From: Iphione sp. A-MEVVRFRX5
Lineage: Eukaryota
DNA: 64,000 nucleotides
NCBI GenBank assembly: GCA_976226885.1
Contig: OZ320313.1
Location: 67,642,001 to 67,706,000, forward strand
Direction of reading: 5' to 3'
Under the pieces are notes generated by a model. It saw only the letters and a program-made list of their open reading frames with translations, was not told the origin of the DNA and searched no databases. How positions within the stretch are numbered: position 1 is the stretch's first letter; every line of letters begins with the position of its first letter. Shown here one piece after another: positions 1 through 12,920 of the stretch. The translations under genes and the position numbers were made by a program.

Positions 1-3000
1 AAAAGAGACGTGTCAGTCCCTACCAGGGCGGAGGACGCACGTCACAGGGTCATCCAGTAGGTGCACAGGTGCCAGGTGGGTCATCCGGCAATGGCAGGGG
101 GTCACCGACTAAAAGGATGGACGGTGACGACCGGCCTGTCATTAGAAATGTCAGGAGGGTGCGGGTGGGAGGGGAGGGAAGGTTGCACACTCATCTCTAA
201 GGTCTTTAATCATGAACAATGGACCTGTCTTAAGGAAGTCGTGTCTGCATCCTTCCTTCTCGTTTGACATGTCTGTATGCTATGCTTGAGATAAGGATCC
301 GGAATCCGTCATAGGATTAATACTTTCTCGGTTGTATCTCAATATACATACTCTGCGTTTATGTGCGCCATACCTATCATTTCAGTCATCTATTTTCTTC
401 TCTACAGAACTTTGTAAGGAAATATTAGAATAAAGGGTAGTCGCCATCAAAGGTGATCATCCACAATTTTGCATTACATTGGTAAGGCTTCCAGCAACTG
501 TAATCTGAAGTGACATGAACAAAGTGAGTGTCTTCGGCACATCAGATACCGCAGAAATTACAGCGGAAATTGCCGTCTCTTTGAATATGTGTCACTATTG
601 TTCGGGAGTACATCTATCCATCCACTACTACTAAGCATTACCGTCCAATCACACCGCCTGTCTAATGACGTGATGAGAGTCTGAGGACCTAGCGCCTACC
701 TATGTGGAGTATGTATGAAGAGAGACGGGGGGTAGCAGAAGAGGGGGGAGTGGGGGTGCGGCCACTACAACATCCAGAGGCCGTCGACAGTCGTCTATAA
801 CACATAGCATGCCTTCGGGGAGAAGTGACAACGACAAGGAGCTCCTCGCCCGCCCGCTGCCAACAGTAGCAGAGCTCTCTGGTGCCGTCTTCTTTTACAG
901 TAGCGGCGCCGCAGACCGGGAGGTGGTCCGATTGTTGAGTTCTGATGAGGGCAATTAGCTGTCAGGGCTTCGGCTCGTCATTCCTACGAGCTCCTCTCCC
1001 TCCCGGCGTGCGACGGCGTTACACGACTGCGTTCTTCACACAATGCCAGAATGGTGTAGCCAGCACCTGAACAGACCAAGACTTCACTTTACAAACACAT
1101 ATGTGGAGGCGGTCCGCAAAAGCGTGAAAGGAACACTTGGGGCCGAGGTAAGGATAGAGGGGGTTAGTTGTCAATTCACCCAAGTAAGCCGTTGTGACGC
1201 CCATGTTTTTCTTTCCCCCAAAGACCCAGAGCACTTGTGCAGGGCTTCCTCAGCATGGGCATGCATGCGCCACTATGTGTTTTCATTAGAAACACACTTT
1301 TTGGGGTCGCTCCAGGGAGCCAAGGTTCCTATGTGTCAAAATAACATAAAGCTTTACCATAAAACAAGGTCGCCTAGCAACCCTCAGGGTGAGACTTAAG
1401 GATCCAATTCTCCTGACATTGTGAAGAGAACAACGGAATTTTTTTTCGTATACATGTACATGGAATTGTGCTAGTGAAGAGTAACCATTTTATTGATATG
1501 TTTTAGATGATATTTCTAGTCTCCAGAGAATACAGTGCTATTGCAATTATTAGGGTTTGTAACCTAAAATGGGGAATTTATTTTGACAGCAAATACCCTT
1601 AAAGGGCGAGCAATCTTCTCACAACCACAAGCAGAGGAATTCTCACCAAAAGTTGGTGACCGGGTAGCATATCCTCTTTCTGGAAGCCTTCACCGGGGGG
1701 GGGAATGGAATGGATTTCTGTACCTATATTTACAACACGCTATGAATCCATACTACAGCGCATGTTTTTGACTAGTGACCTCCTCCCACATGTACTTTCG
1801 GGCCGGCCAGGGGGGATGGGTTGGGCTGAAGACAAAGTTAAAGCGATTAGCAGGCAATCCTTTTGTAGCTTTGTGGAAGCGCGAGGTATTGAGCCGAGGC
1901 GTGAGCAGCCTGCCCTGTTCGCACAGTGCTTTGATGACGATGGGCAGGCGAGGGACGCAATGTCTGTGAAGCCATTTGGCCACCGGACCTGCCCTACATG
2001 CTGGATTACATGCTGATCAAAGCAGCGACATGGTTGGCCCATGCCGCCACCCATAGAGAAAGTCTTCAGCCTCAGGATACCCTTTGCGTTAGAGGTATAC
2101 TTACTTCAACGGTTTAACAATAACACTCAGTCTTCCAGAATCAACAGAAGAAGTGGTAATGCCTATATAGATATGATATATCCATGTACACGTGGATGAA
2201 AATATTCCATACACATAGAACGTATAATTCTGAAGTCACCTTAGCCTCGGTGCAATCATCTTGTTCTCAATCACAAGTTCACAAGTAGCACCCGTTGACA
2301 CGATCAGAAGGTGTATACATGTATGAGCAAGAGCGAAACATCCCTCTCAATAAATGTTCATGTGAGGTTAATCATGTGAATAGACATGACCAACTTGATG
2401 CAACTATTTTAAAAAAAAAAGGGGGGGGGGGAGTGGTATTTCTGGGCTTTTCCCTCATCGTCAACTGACTTGATTCAGGCCTGTTAAAACAGATGTATCC
2501 ATCTGATGGACTCGTTTAAACATGCGGCCTCGATGATGAAAGCATTGTAAGAAAAAATCTGTATTTAAGACATCTGATGATAATGTTGATACTTCAGATG
2601 AATACCTTCGCTGAAGTGGAGGTTTACAAGAAAAACTGCAAAGAAATGTCCGCTGACGTGCAGAAAGAAATGGTCCTTGTGGTCAGATTACATGAAAGAG
2701 ACTTTATCTGGAGTTGGGTTTTAACGCTTTCCTATCAGTCTGTCTGCGAAACACTTGCGACCTAAAAACAAAAACAAAAAAACTGACGCTGGCAACATGT
2801 TCCAGTGACAAGCGTTCTAAAACACGGCATTGTCAGCCGAGCAAGGGACGCCCAGTAAAAGTGTGATCAATGACAATGGCAACGGACTGATTCAGAACAG
2901 TGACGGATTGAACGCCAAGTGAGGGTGCGGCACTTCTTTCCAGCTTCCCACCACGTGATCTTCAACGAGTCCAACAAGCCCATGCTCTCGCCCCTTTTTT

Positions 3001-6000
3001 CCATTGGACTTTTCCCCAATTTGCATGCGCAGGGCCTCGTTTAACGTTCTTTAAGCGTGGGAAATAACTCTGAAGTTTCCGTGCGCATTGGTTTCAATTT
3101 GTGCCAATCTTCCTGTTCCTTGAGGAGTTCAATACCAGGAGTGGATGTTCCGTCCCTGAAACTTGAAAACTTTCGCCGGGGCCAGAGTGCATTCCAATGG
3201 CCGACAAATGAACGATGACTCACAAGCGCAGGCTGGGCGCTCTCCCTCAAGACCAGGTGGCCAAGATAAATAATTTGACTGATTTACGGGGTCAATTCTT
3301 TGAAGTGTGCTATACATATTTAACCTAGACGGAAGGCCAGCTTTGGGAGCGACCGCTCGGCAGCGCTGACGGTGTTGATGGAATCCGGGTTTCTTGGGAC
3401 ACGATATTCCCTCGGGGGCAGTGGCTACTACGCCTTGTGCCCAGCTCCAGGAGACCCCAATCCTTTGTTTCTCGCACGTCGCCGTCAACCTCAGACGTGA
3501 CAAAATTCCTCTAGCGGGGATGCAGCTATAACCCACTCGACGGCAAGCTACCGGAAGTGAACACCCGCTGCCGGCGGACCCGGGAGTAAGCGCACAAGCG
3601 CCGCCGTCACTCGCCACCATTTGCGCTGCGTGCCGAGGAGGCGGCCCACTAGCTTCTGGGTTGGTTTCTTATACTGTGTGTGCACACATACCCACGCGAC
3701 GCCCGGGGCGACTCTCATCCTTTCTAGTGTCCAGGTGATCCCTGTACAAAGACACTTTTGAAAGGAGCTGGCTCGCCGTCTGGCTGCTAGGATTTACAAT
3801 CCATTTCCGATAGAGGCTGATGGGGGTCGGTCATGTGTGCGGCCTCGTGCGAGCCAATGAAATGACACCCTCGAGCGTGGGAGCGAGTAACAAAACGATA
3901 AAACGTAAACGTAAAACGCTGATCAGAACTCGAGGCAACAAAAAAAGACAACGAAAAAAAACCTCATATTTCTATACATCGCGTAGCAAACTCAGAGGAT
4001 CTGGAAACTCTATACACACACGTGAGCTATACCTTGTGTCGACAGACTGTCATTGAAGCAAGCGCTAAGAGTAACACGAAACGGTGGTTTCATATAAGAT
4101 CAAACAGGCAAATTGCCTTCAGCCAACCTATCCCCGATGGGAGGGCAGTACAAGAGACGAAGGTCACTTGCAAGCAATCAATGAGCTCAAATGGGAGACA
4201 GAGGTCAACGTCAGAGGTGGTGCAAACAAAGGGGTTTGTATGAGGATAAGGGGCGGAAGTGGGGGTGGGGTGGGATGTTACGTTAGAAAGGTGCATACGG
4301 TGTAGACGCAAACCCCTTCTAGTGGTGTTTTCGATGTTTCACAACCTGCTGCCCGTTTTAGGGATCGTCGATAATATTGCTTTGGTATTATCCGCTCTAC
4401 TGGCGCCGCCTGCCGTCACCCACCGCGTGTGGTCGGTCTTTATTAGCCACAGCAGAGCCTCACTCTGTCCTGCGTGGGTGTGACGGGCCTCGGCCACGGA
4501 GAGCTGCTCTATATTAGATACATCAGTTATTCCTGGGCCGCTCTAGGTTAAACAAATATCCTCCGAATCCAGCCACTGCTGTGGCTGGTAATACTACAAT
4601 TAAATTTTCTCCATCACAAAGATGACATATATTTCCAATGGGAAGGGGGGGGCGGGGGGAGGGGGCGCAGGGGGAGATAATCATACAATGCTTACTCGAT
4701 TTTTGAAATGGTCTGCGCATTCTGTCATAATCCTTATGTGTAAGATCCTACTGATTCAATGAAGCATCTGAACAGCCCAGCTCGATAATCTGGTTAGATA
4801 ACAGTATTATCGGAATTCATTTTGTGCTGGAGGAACCCGTGTCGATTGATGCTAGTCATGCATTGATAATATTCTGTATGTAGCGGAGATACTCACAGCC
4901 ACCACGGCCTCCCTATTTCTGTCCGTTATAGTCGCTCCCCCAACCCCGGCTGCCCCCGCCCTCCATCTTCCCCCGCCCCCAGGCTGTACCCGGGCTGCTG
5001 GCACCCGCGGCCGTTGGTGGCAGCGGGCAGGCCTGCAGGTCTGATTAGCAGTTTCTGTGTCTGGCTTCCACCAGCAAAAGCCAGCCTGATTATGGTCCGT
5101 TCTTTTAATTCCTAAATACTGTAGGCGAACGCGGTGGCGATAAAAAGGGGAGGACCGAGCGCAGGAAGGTTACCCCTTACCCATCCCGTCCCCAATCTGA
5201 CAAGGCGAGAGGGAAAAAAACTCACTGAGCGTCGACGCCTATGTGGAGCCCTATGATCACATACTTGCGGCCGGAGGTATGATTACAAACGTTATCGACC
5301 TATTGCCAGTCGGGGGCTGTCTGGCCGTCAGAGGACCATGGCTTTTGCGTGTGATAAAAATAAATGAACTTTCGCCAGGGCATGAAAAGGTGTAAAAACC
5401 TGTCTTCCTGTTACACTGCTGGTGGATCCCACAGCAATGGCTGGATACGTACACGCTTGTGTGTGCACACATGCAAGCGCACACACTCTCACACATGGGC
5501 GGGTGCATTTTCCTGAGTTCTCTCCAAATCAAAATCAACGTATTCTTTTGAACGCTGTTCTCTTTTCGAAGGGAGGTGTAGTCTGCTCGGGTTGAGCTGC
5601 TCCGTCGCCTCTTTACATTCGCCTCGAAGTTTACCAAATTTCTTGCTGTATAACCCTTTTATTTCTAACGGTGAGCCTTGTAAATAAAACGGTGGCGCTG
5701 CGGCGACGGTTTCGAGGCCTTCCCTGCCTTTGGGTGACCGTGACGCCCATTTGCAGTTGCCTGATTTTAAGCATCACACACGTCATCGGAGCCATCAACG
5801 GCGTTAGGTACGAGAGATGGGCGACATGCAGTCAGTGGGATCAGCGTCACTGCGAAAAAATGTTTCTTCCCCTCAAATGGTCCACCTGCCAGAGAAAACA
5901 AATTAGCACATGGAAAAAAGAAGACTACCGAGAGTTAGAGCGAATTTGAAAAGGAAATTTGGGGCCATGAAAAATCTCGAAGACGAGTCATTATAACGTC

Positions 6001-7029
6001 TACCTGTTCGACATTATACGCTACGGCCTAAACTAAATGGATTTGGACTATATCTGCATATATATGCATGTACTTGATATATTGCATACAGCAAGTCAGC
6101 CTCTGAAGATTTCGTGATAAGAAGCCATTCTGTGTCGGCAACATGGATAATGCAAGTCAGGGCGCGGAGGAAAGGGTGTGAATGGATAGAGTGATGCAAA
6201 AACAAAATATTGCGACATTAGAACATGTTCACAGGCTGACGGATGTACATAATTCAAACTTCCAACAGCCTGACGCTACTGTCTCGGCCGACAAACCTAA
6301 CCATCTATTCCACTAAAGGAAAACGTTTCATTGGTCTCGACCGCTCGGCCATAATACAATCTCTCGTGTTTTCTGCGCCATTCGTCTCCAATCGAGCAGG
6401 CAGGAATCCATTAGGGGCAATGCGTAGGCCGACACAAAACAATACCTTCCGTGCTCAGACTCCACAAGTCATTATGGGTTATTAATTTCCATGGAATATT
6501 ACAAAGAACATGGCCCAAAACAACAAAACCTGGAGTCGAGTTAATAGCCATTCTGTTTCCTCCAGCTTCGAACTTTCTCTTGTTCACCATTTGTAAACAC
6601 TGGCGTTGCATGCGCAAGAACCATCCCCGGGGATATGGATTTCCTCTATCTAGTCTCAACTCCTCCTTAACGACAAAGAAGACTGTGGGCGCCAGTGATC
6701 CTAGCGCTCCTGTTGACCGTTTGCGTTTTTTTCCAGTGTTTTTCCTTTATTTTTTAATTGCTGTATCTTTTTTATCGCAAGGAGAATGAACAGTGGACTA
6801 ATGAGGCCCCAGGGCTGTGTAAAACAATGTTGGAAAGGAAATGTGCATTTTAGGATGGAAACGTGACTAGCCAACGAATTTGTTACGAGTTATCTCGGAG
6901 CAAATAACTGACGGCCATTACTTTGGCCTCTAAATTTCCTAATGTGAATGCGTACACGCGGAACAATCTAGAAATATGAGGCAATGCTTGGAGACCTGAT
7001 TTGTGTGCATGAGACGAGCAGGTACTCAT

Positions 7030-7159
7030 NNNNNNNNNNNNNNNNNNNNNNNNNNNNNNNNNNNNNNNNNNNNNNNNNNNNNNNNNNNNNNNNNNNNNNN
7101 NNNNNNNNNNNNNNNNNNNNNNNNNNNNNNNNNNNNNNNNNNNNNNNNNNNNNNNNNNN
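7030..7159. other. Assembly gap (130 N)
   Basis: Run of N in the sequence; ORFs spanning it are artefacts. Confidence 0.99.
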
Positions 7160-7346
7160 TGATAGATAACTGTAAGGGAATATACATGTATTTGGTATCA
7201 AAAAGCATTACTAAAAGAGTCCTGAGATGCCGCATACGCAAGGAACAGTTGTGCGCCTTCTAATGAATAAGATCTAGGTAGCATCCGAACCGAATCCATC
7301 GCCCTCTTTCAGACACATCAAGACGGGTGGTGTCGAGTGAAAGAGG

Positions 7347-7893
7347 TCACCTTGGAAGCAGATGGATGCATTTCTGGCCGCCGCACCATCGGTCTGCGCA
7401 GTACTGCCAGGTAATGTATAGAGCCCGCCATGTCGGACCCATGTCCCCTCCCGACTGGCTAAACACCCTACGGATACCCGCCTGATAACGCCCTCCATCG
7501 TCTGACGTGAGTCCTGGACGTAAATCAACGTCAGCCAAGCCTCCTGGCGGCCAAGTGGCGCTGCTGCATTGATGCGGCGCCCTCTGGTGGACGCGGCGTC
7601 CCCCTAGCGGAGACGTTGTAAATCCAATGCTGCGGGGATAGCGTTGTTCGCACAAGTGGAAATGCGCACGGCCTGTCTCTGCGGTCAGTGGTAACCAAGA
7701 CAGATGAACATTCGTTACGTCGATACGGCCCTGGGAACCTTGGGGAACCCAAGATTGACGCGCTGTGGCGTGCAGTCATTGGTGTTCGCCCACAGTATCC
7801 AGGAACCTCTTATAAGGGTTCGAATTTACTCGTTACTGCGGCAACAAGAAGTGCCATCACCGCCAGCCTCAGCAACAAAGGAATGTTCTCCAT
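7347..7893 (-). pseudogene. Possible degenerate secreted CUB-domain-like coding remnant
   Basis: ATG at 7893 gives MENIPLLLRLAVMALLVAAVTS (signal-peptide-like), TAA at codon 28, then in-frame YCGRTPMTARHSASILGSPRFPGPYRRNEC, loosely matching the CUB N-terminal CG..G.I.SP.YP..Y..N..C pattern. Another frame gives LTSDDGGRYQAGIRRVFSQ, resembling the CUB C-terminal F.SD....GF strand. Needs a stop and a frameshift; may be chance. Confidence 0.25.
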
Positions 7894-8099
7894 TTAGGGT
7901 GTAGGGTACTTATAATTCTGGACATGTTCTATACTCCCGAGTTCTCTACGGAAACAAAATTCGTGCTGCCAGCATTCACGTTCCACAAATGAACAAACAA
8001 AATCAGTCACATCCAGTAAAAAGAAATACATGTACGTACATTACTGGTACTTTGCACATATCTTCATTCTGGACAAATCTTTGGATACCCCATTTCCAT

Positions 8100-8460
8100 T
8101 TAAAAGGGAAAAAAACAACTTCCATAGATGCTTTAATCTAAAAAGAAAATTAAATTGAGAGGGTAAAAATACTTCAGGGTAAAGTTCTGTGGAGGAAAAG
8201 CGAATAATTCCGGACCTTTCCATATTCTGAACCCGGAGGATCCATCCCTACTGCTTTGTGCGACCTACGTGCCATGGCACGCTCCCTTCAATTACACTGC
8301 CTCAGGCAAAACCATCGCGTCTCTTTCAAGAAACCCACACGTTCCTTTCACCAATCCCATGCCAATCCCTCTGCTTCTCACCTCTGCCTCTAATCCCCGC
8401 CTCAGTTCAGGCGTGTACAGCCCCAATCTGGCTAGAGGGCCAAGAACTGCCATTACCGGG
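8100..8460 (-). mobile_element. Possible degenerate DIRS/Ngaro-type retrotransposon fragment (RNase H end / methyltransferase-like region)
   Basis: Minus-strand translations give IGAVH...RDW...RRDGFA and, about 37 codons later in another frame, SRDGSSGFRIWKGPELFAFPPQNF. Order and spacing resemble the DIRS a.H...dW...D.FA...W....yAFPP motifs. Stops and frameshifts present. Confidence 0.3.
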
Positions 8461-9079
8461 TTACTACCAATTTTTAATTCAGCGCTGTCCTGTCGATTTG
8501 ATTCATTGGTAAAGCTCAGAAGGTCCTCTTTGGGACCCCAAAGATACGCCTACGTATTTTCCATTCTCTACATATATGGATATATCTATGCGATACATAC
8601 CATCTACTCAGCGAATATTTTGTATGGTCTACATAAGACGGGGTGACTTTATCGTACGGACTGTGTCACAAACGCACGGCTCTCATAGCTGTCGGTCATA
8701 AGAAAATTCTATTTATTTCCCCCCTTTTTTCAATCAAGACCGTGCCTACCAATCCAAGAGTTTAATTCACTGTCTCTTACTATGCTATTTCTGCTATGAT
8801 TCTGTGATTCTCCCGTATAGACAGAAGAGAGTCTGGACGCGCCTCGTCCCACGATACACAACTAGGTTATCTTGTTAGTTTCAGTGGCAGACTGCGATCG
8901 TAATATATCAGCAAACCTGGCTTGGGGCCGTAATTTGTTACAGCAGGAGCCTGCGTTTCCAGGGCTACCTAATTCCACCTTATGTGCGTACTGCCTGGAT
9001 TTCAGTCCAACTAATTAGCCAGAGGATTTATGTAACACAAGGTGAGATAATTAGTGTCAATGTAATCGACAGTACTCAC

Positions 9080-9153
9080 CCACGAAAATGCTCACTACAG
9101 CTAACCCTGACGTGCATCGTGCTTACCTGGAACAGAAAAAAACAGAAACAGGT
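9080..9153 (-). other. Strong 3' splice site immediately followed by a 5' splice site (recursive-splice-site-like) plus 47-nt exon
   Basis: Minus strand: aatgac-cctgtttctgtttttttctgttc-CAG|GTAAGC, with 20 of 23 tract bases pyrimidine and the junction at 9127/9126. The next donor TGG|GTGAGTAC begins at 9079, defining exon 9126-9080. Confidence 0.5.
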
Positions 9154-9977
9154 CATTTAAATGCATCACCGATTACAATTTGTTGTGGGCAGAAGTTGCT
9201 ATAAATGTCAGGGGCAGAATATAGTCTGAAAGAATTGTTTAAAAACTATTCGGAGGGTTGTCCAGCCAGATTTGTTTCCTGCGTCTTAATTACAATCACA
9301 ATACCAAGGATCTCCACTGTCATCATCTGCCATCAAACATTAAGGTCCGAATCAAAGAAACGCCCAGAACGAAGATAATTTGGGGGATTTGGCTGAACTA
9401 ATACACTGTATGAGTCTATATTCTGATCCGTGACGCTCAGGAACGTCTGAAGACCCCGTCACGACGTGGGTTGTTCTACTACAGCTCATGTTACTTCTGC
9501 CATAACAAAACAGCATTGTTACTATCTGGAGCCGTCTGGAGCCGTCAGGTCCCCAATAACCTATTTCAGAGCAAGAAATAGAACGAACTGGGTGAGAGAA
9601 AAAAATCAACGGCAGCGACTCGCACTTCTTCGTGTAGAGTTTGAATCTTACAAATCGATACAGAAAAGGCGGTTAAAAATAAGCGCGCAACGTCTGGACA
9701 TGTTTTTTGAATCTGGACCTAAGAAACACTAAAATAAGCAGTATTCTAAAATCAAAATGTCAAATCAGAACACGTTTAAATCTGTCATTATTCAGGGAGA
9801 CGGGGGGACTCGCCGATAGGTTCATAAATATGTTTATCTCTTGGTAATGAAACCAGTCTGCTTGTGATGGGCAGTAGTCTGGTACTTGGACAGTGTTGAA
9901 GTGGTGTTTAGAATGGGCATCAACATGTAGATTTGAGGGTGAGGGCATGACCTGGCCAGGCACACGCAGAGGCTCTG

Positions 9978-9992
9978 AGGTCAGCGGGGTCA
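9978..9992 (+). promoter_or_regulatory. Nuclear-receptor direct repeat DR3 motif (AGGTCA-gcg-GGGTCA)
   Basis: Exact match to RGGTCA-N3-RGGTCA; motif match only. Confidence 0.25.
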
Positions 9993-12888
9993 CCAGCTCA
10001 GTCAGACAGACAAGACATCTTGATGAAGCTGACGAATGGACAACAAAAAGATCAGGCAACTTTTCAATTCGCAACACACGAAAGCAAAGTGACCTCTATA
10101 TTATTGACAAGATTTACTTTGCGTGAGAGAAAGCAGATCAGAGATGGTTAAAAGTACAAGGAGAATGCTTTTTAGAGTACCCCTGGTCTACCATACATCA
10201 CTGAAAGCAGGGAGCAATTAGGTTACTTTAGCAATACATCCTGGAGCTGACGAGAGGCCAAGTAGAGAGACCCTAAACTTAGAGTTATCGTGGTCATTAC
10301 GCTAGCCGGCCCTCAGTCTCCTGTTATGCCCAAATGGCTGGTTATCGATCCATCCAATGGTAGTGGCTGTCATGCCCATTGATCTGCTCCAACCCAACAG
10401 CCTCCTACTTCCTCTGCTAATCCCCACGACCGCCCACTTTGGTTATTACATATGCTTTTGTCTAGTTTCTGACCCCTACTGCTATTCATACCTACCAAAA
10501 TGTCTGCTTTTCTATATACCCACCTGCTGGACCAGACAAAGCTCTCCCTATCCTATTACGATAGAGTACATGTAGACGTACTCCTACGTGCTAGTGCTGA
10601 AAGTTACAGTTATCGTTATGTATCACGCGGACCGACGCTACACACGTTTTCGAAAGCTGCCATTCGGGTTAAAGGTCATGACGCTTCTAACGGCACATGC
10701 CTGGGACATCAAGGAAGGTGAGTGGAAGAAACCGACTCTTTCATGATTTTTATCTTGGAATGCCTCCTGTGGAACTTGCGCCAACCTGCTGCAGGAGGCC
10801 CCGCCCTGGAATCTGGTTAAGAAATTGCTCACCAGCTCGCCAACCATTTCGTAGCGTGGTGGCCACGGTCAGATGAAGGCGGCCAGTGTGAAGATAAATC
10901 TTCCTCGCCATCCGATTGATCCACATAAAAAGGACAGCATCACTATAGCTCCAACCCGAGGCTGCCGCAGAGTAAGGTGCTGCGTAAGAAATTACCATCC
11001 AAGACGAGATTACTTGTAGACGACGTGGGAGGGGCGCTCGCTGCCGGGTTCTGGGTTCCTGCCACAACTCGTCAACGCAGTGCTGACCTCCGAGGTACCG
11101 CGAGTTCTCGCGATATGACACCACCTCCCGTTCCTTATCTGCTATCCGTGACGTGCCTTACAGGCGCTGGTCACCGAGGGGATTTGATGTCCTCGCCGTC
11201 GCTGCGGTTTGACACACGCGTGAGGCTGTTGCGTAGAGGGAAGGAGAAGGGGTGGGCAGAGCGCCGCGACAGGGGTTAACAAGTCGGCCGACGCGCCGAC
11301 CGCCGCAACCAAGGCGACGGCGAGTAATAACCGCGACGCTCGCCGACGACGGCAGCGTCGGTATATAGGGGTCACAACGATCGCGCCCGCGTCGGCGCGC
11401 CCGGCGACTGGACAAATCATTGCTGATTGCCGGCAATCTGGAGGAGCTTCATTGGCCGGCGTCGGCCCGGGAGGAGGATAAGCTGCCTGATGGGCCACCT
11501 GATCCCCAACAGCGTGCGTCGCTTTCCCATTCAATTCCCCCGCCCACCAAACCTCTTTTTCGCGTCTGGTCCTAATCTGAAATTCCAGGCATGGTATTTA
11601 TTTATGTGTCTTTTTCTCAATGCAGTTACAGGGACTGCCCGATACATAGCTGTTATTTAATTTCTAGTACGGTTTTATTAGAAATATATCTCGTAGTACA
11701 TGTATTTGAAAGTCACAAAGTGATGTTTGGAATGTCAAGGGAAATGACTAATATCACGAACAGGTAATGAACTAACCCGATCCTAATGATACACGCTGTT
11801 GAATGTCCTTATATTTCCTTCATTAACTCTCCACGACAATTAATTCATTTCAGATGCATGAAAGCTGATGGAAGGTAGAACCACTACATATACGTATAGA
11901 TCTCAAGGGTACTCCCGAGTTCTGTCGGGATTGTCACTGATATTCGCGTTATACATGCACTTACCATACAGTGGCGGGTGGTAAAGAAGGTGAATCACCA
12001 GCATCAACACCGCCAGAAGAGGAGGAAGCCGGCAGGTGCACTGGGCTCGTGGTAATCCTTGACCGACAAACAATAAAACCGCGGCAAATCTCCACGTGTG
12101 GTGTTATTAGTGCAAACCGCGCGTCCGCTTTTCTTCCCCCCCCCCCCCCCCCACCGCTGAAACTCTGACATGGAGTCCAACCCGAAAAACGTGTTATTCA
12201 GACAAAGGATTTCTCGTCTGTTTAAAACAAAAAAATTCATGTACGAACGACAAACACGGGCGACAATTTCAATGTTTGGCGAGCCATGATAAACGATCTG
12301 CCATACGCCAGCCAATTAGACGTGGGAAATGTCCCACGCTATTTCCCCCACGGTTACTTAATAGCGTCGCGCAGGGAAGTATTTATCGAAGCACGAAATA
12401 GTGCGTTACATCTTTTTTATATGGCTTATCAGACAATCTATTTCTTTCCAATCCGTATATTTTACAACGAACTTGGATCTACTCCGAATTACTCCGAGTT
12501 CTGTTGCAGCTTATTTTCTCTCTGTGACGTTGACTGCTTCGCCGTCTGTATCTGTCTGATTAGTTATCTATCCGTCTGTCTATACACACAGACTCTACAC
12601 TGATCGAAACGAAACCAATCACGACAGCTAAAGTCACCTTCAAAGTCCAGTCACTAATGTACCGTCAAGGCTGAGCACCAAATACTGAGAGCATTTGGCC
12701 AGTAAGCATCTGTGCGCGTCTGAATTATTTGTCGATTCTTCACAGTTGATGGTCAAACGACCTAATCCTACCGGAAGAAATCAGCACAAGAATATACATG
12801 CATAACCCTGGGGACAGCGTACTCTTTGATCCCTTTCTATGAATGAGTGAGTGCATGATTAAGTAAGTGGGCAAGCCAAGAGGAGAAT

Positions 12889-12890
<2 letters not shown>

Positions 12891-12918
<28 letters not shown>
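12891..12918. repeat. (GACA)n microsatellite
   Basis: About 7 perfect GACA units. Confidence 0.95.

Positions 12919-12920
<2 letters not shown>

Noticed and set aside
3129-3625. 163-aa minus ORF in a CpG-rich patch with an ETS site (CCGGAAGT, 3551-58)
   Set aside because: No recognisable domain; GC-rich sequence gives long ORFs by chance. A promoter role cannot be supported from sequence alone.
9466-9732. QRLALLR and KSIQKRRLKI resembling LINE RT C-terminal motifs
   Set aside because: The roughly 40-aa segment expected between them is missing; too weak to call.
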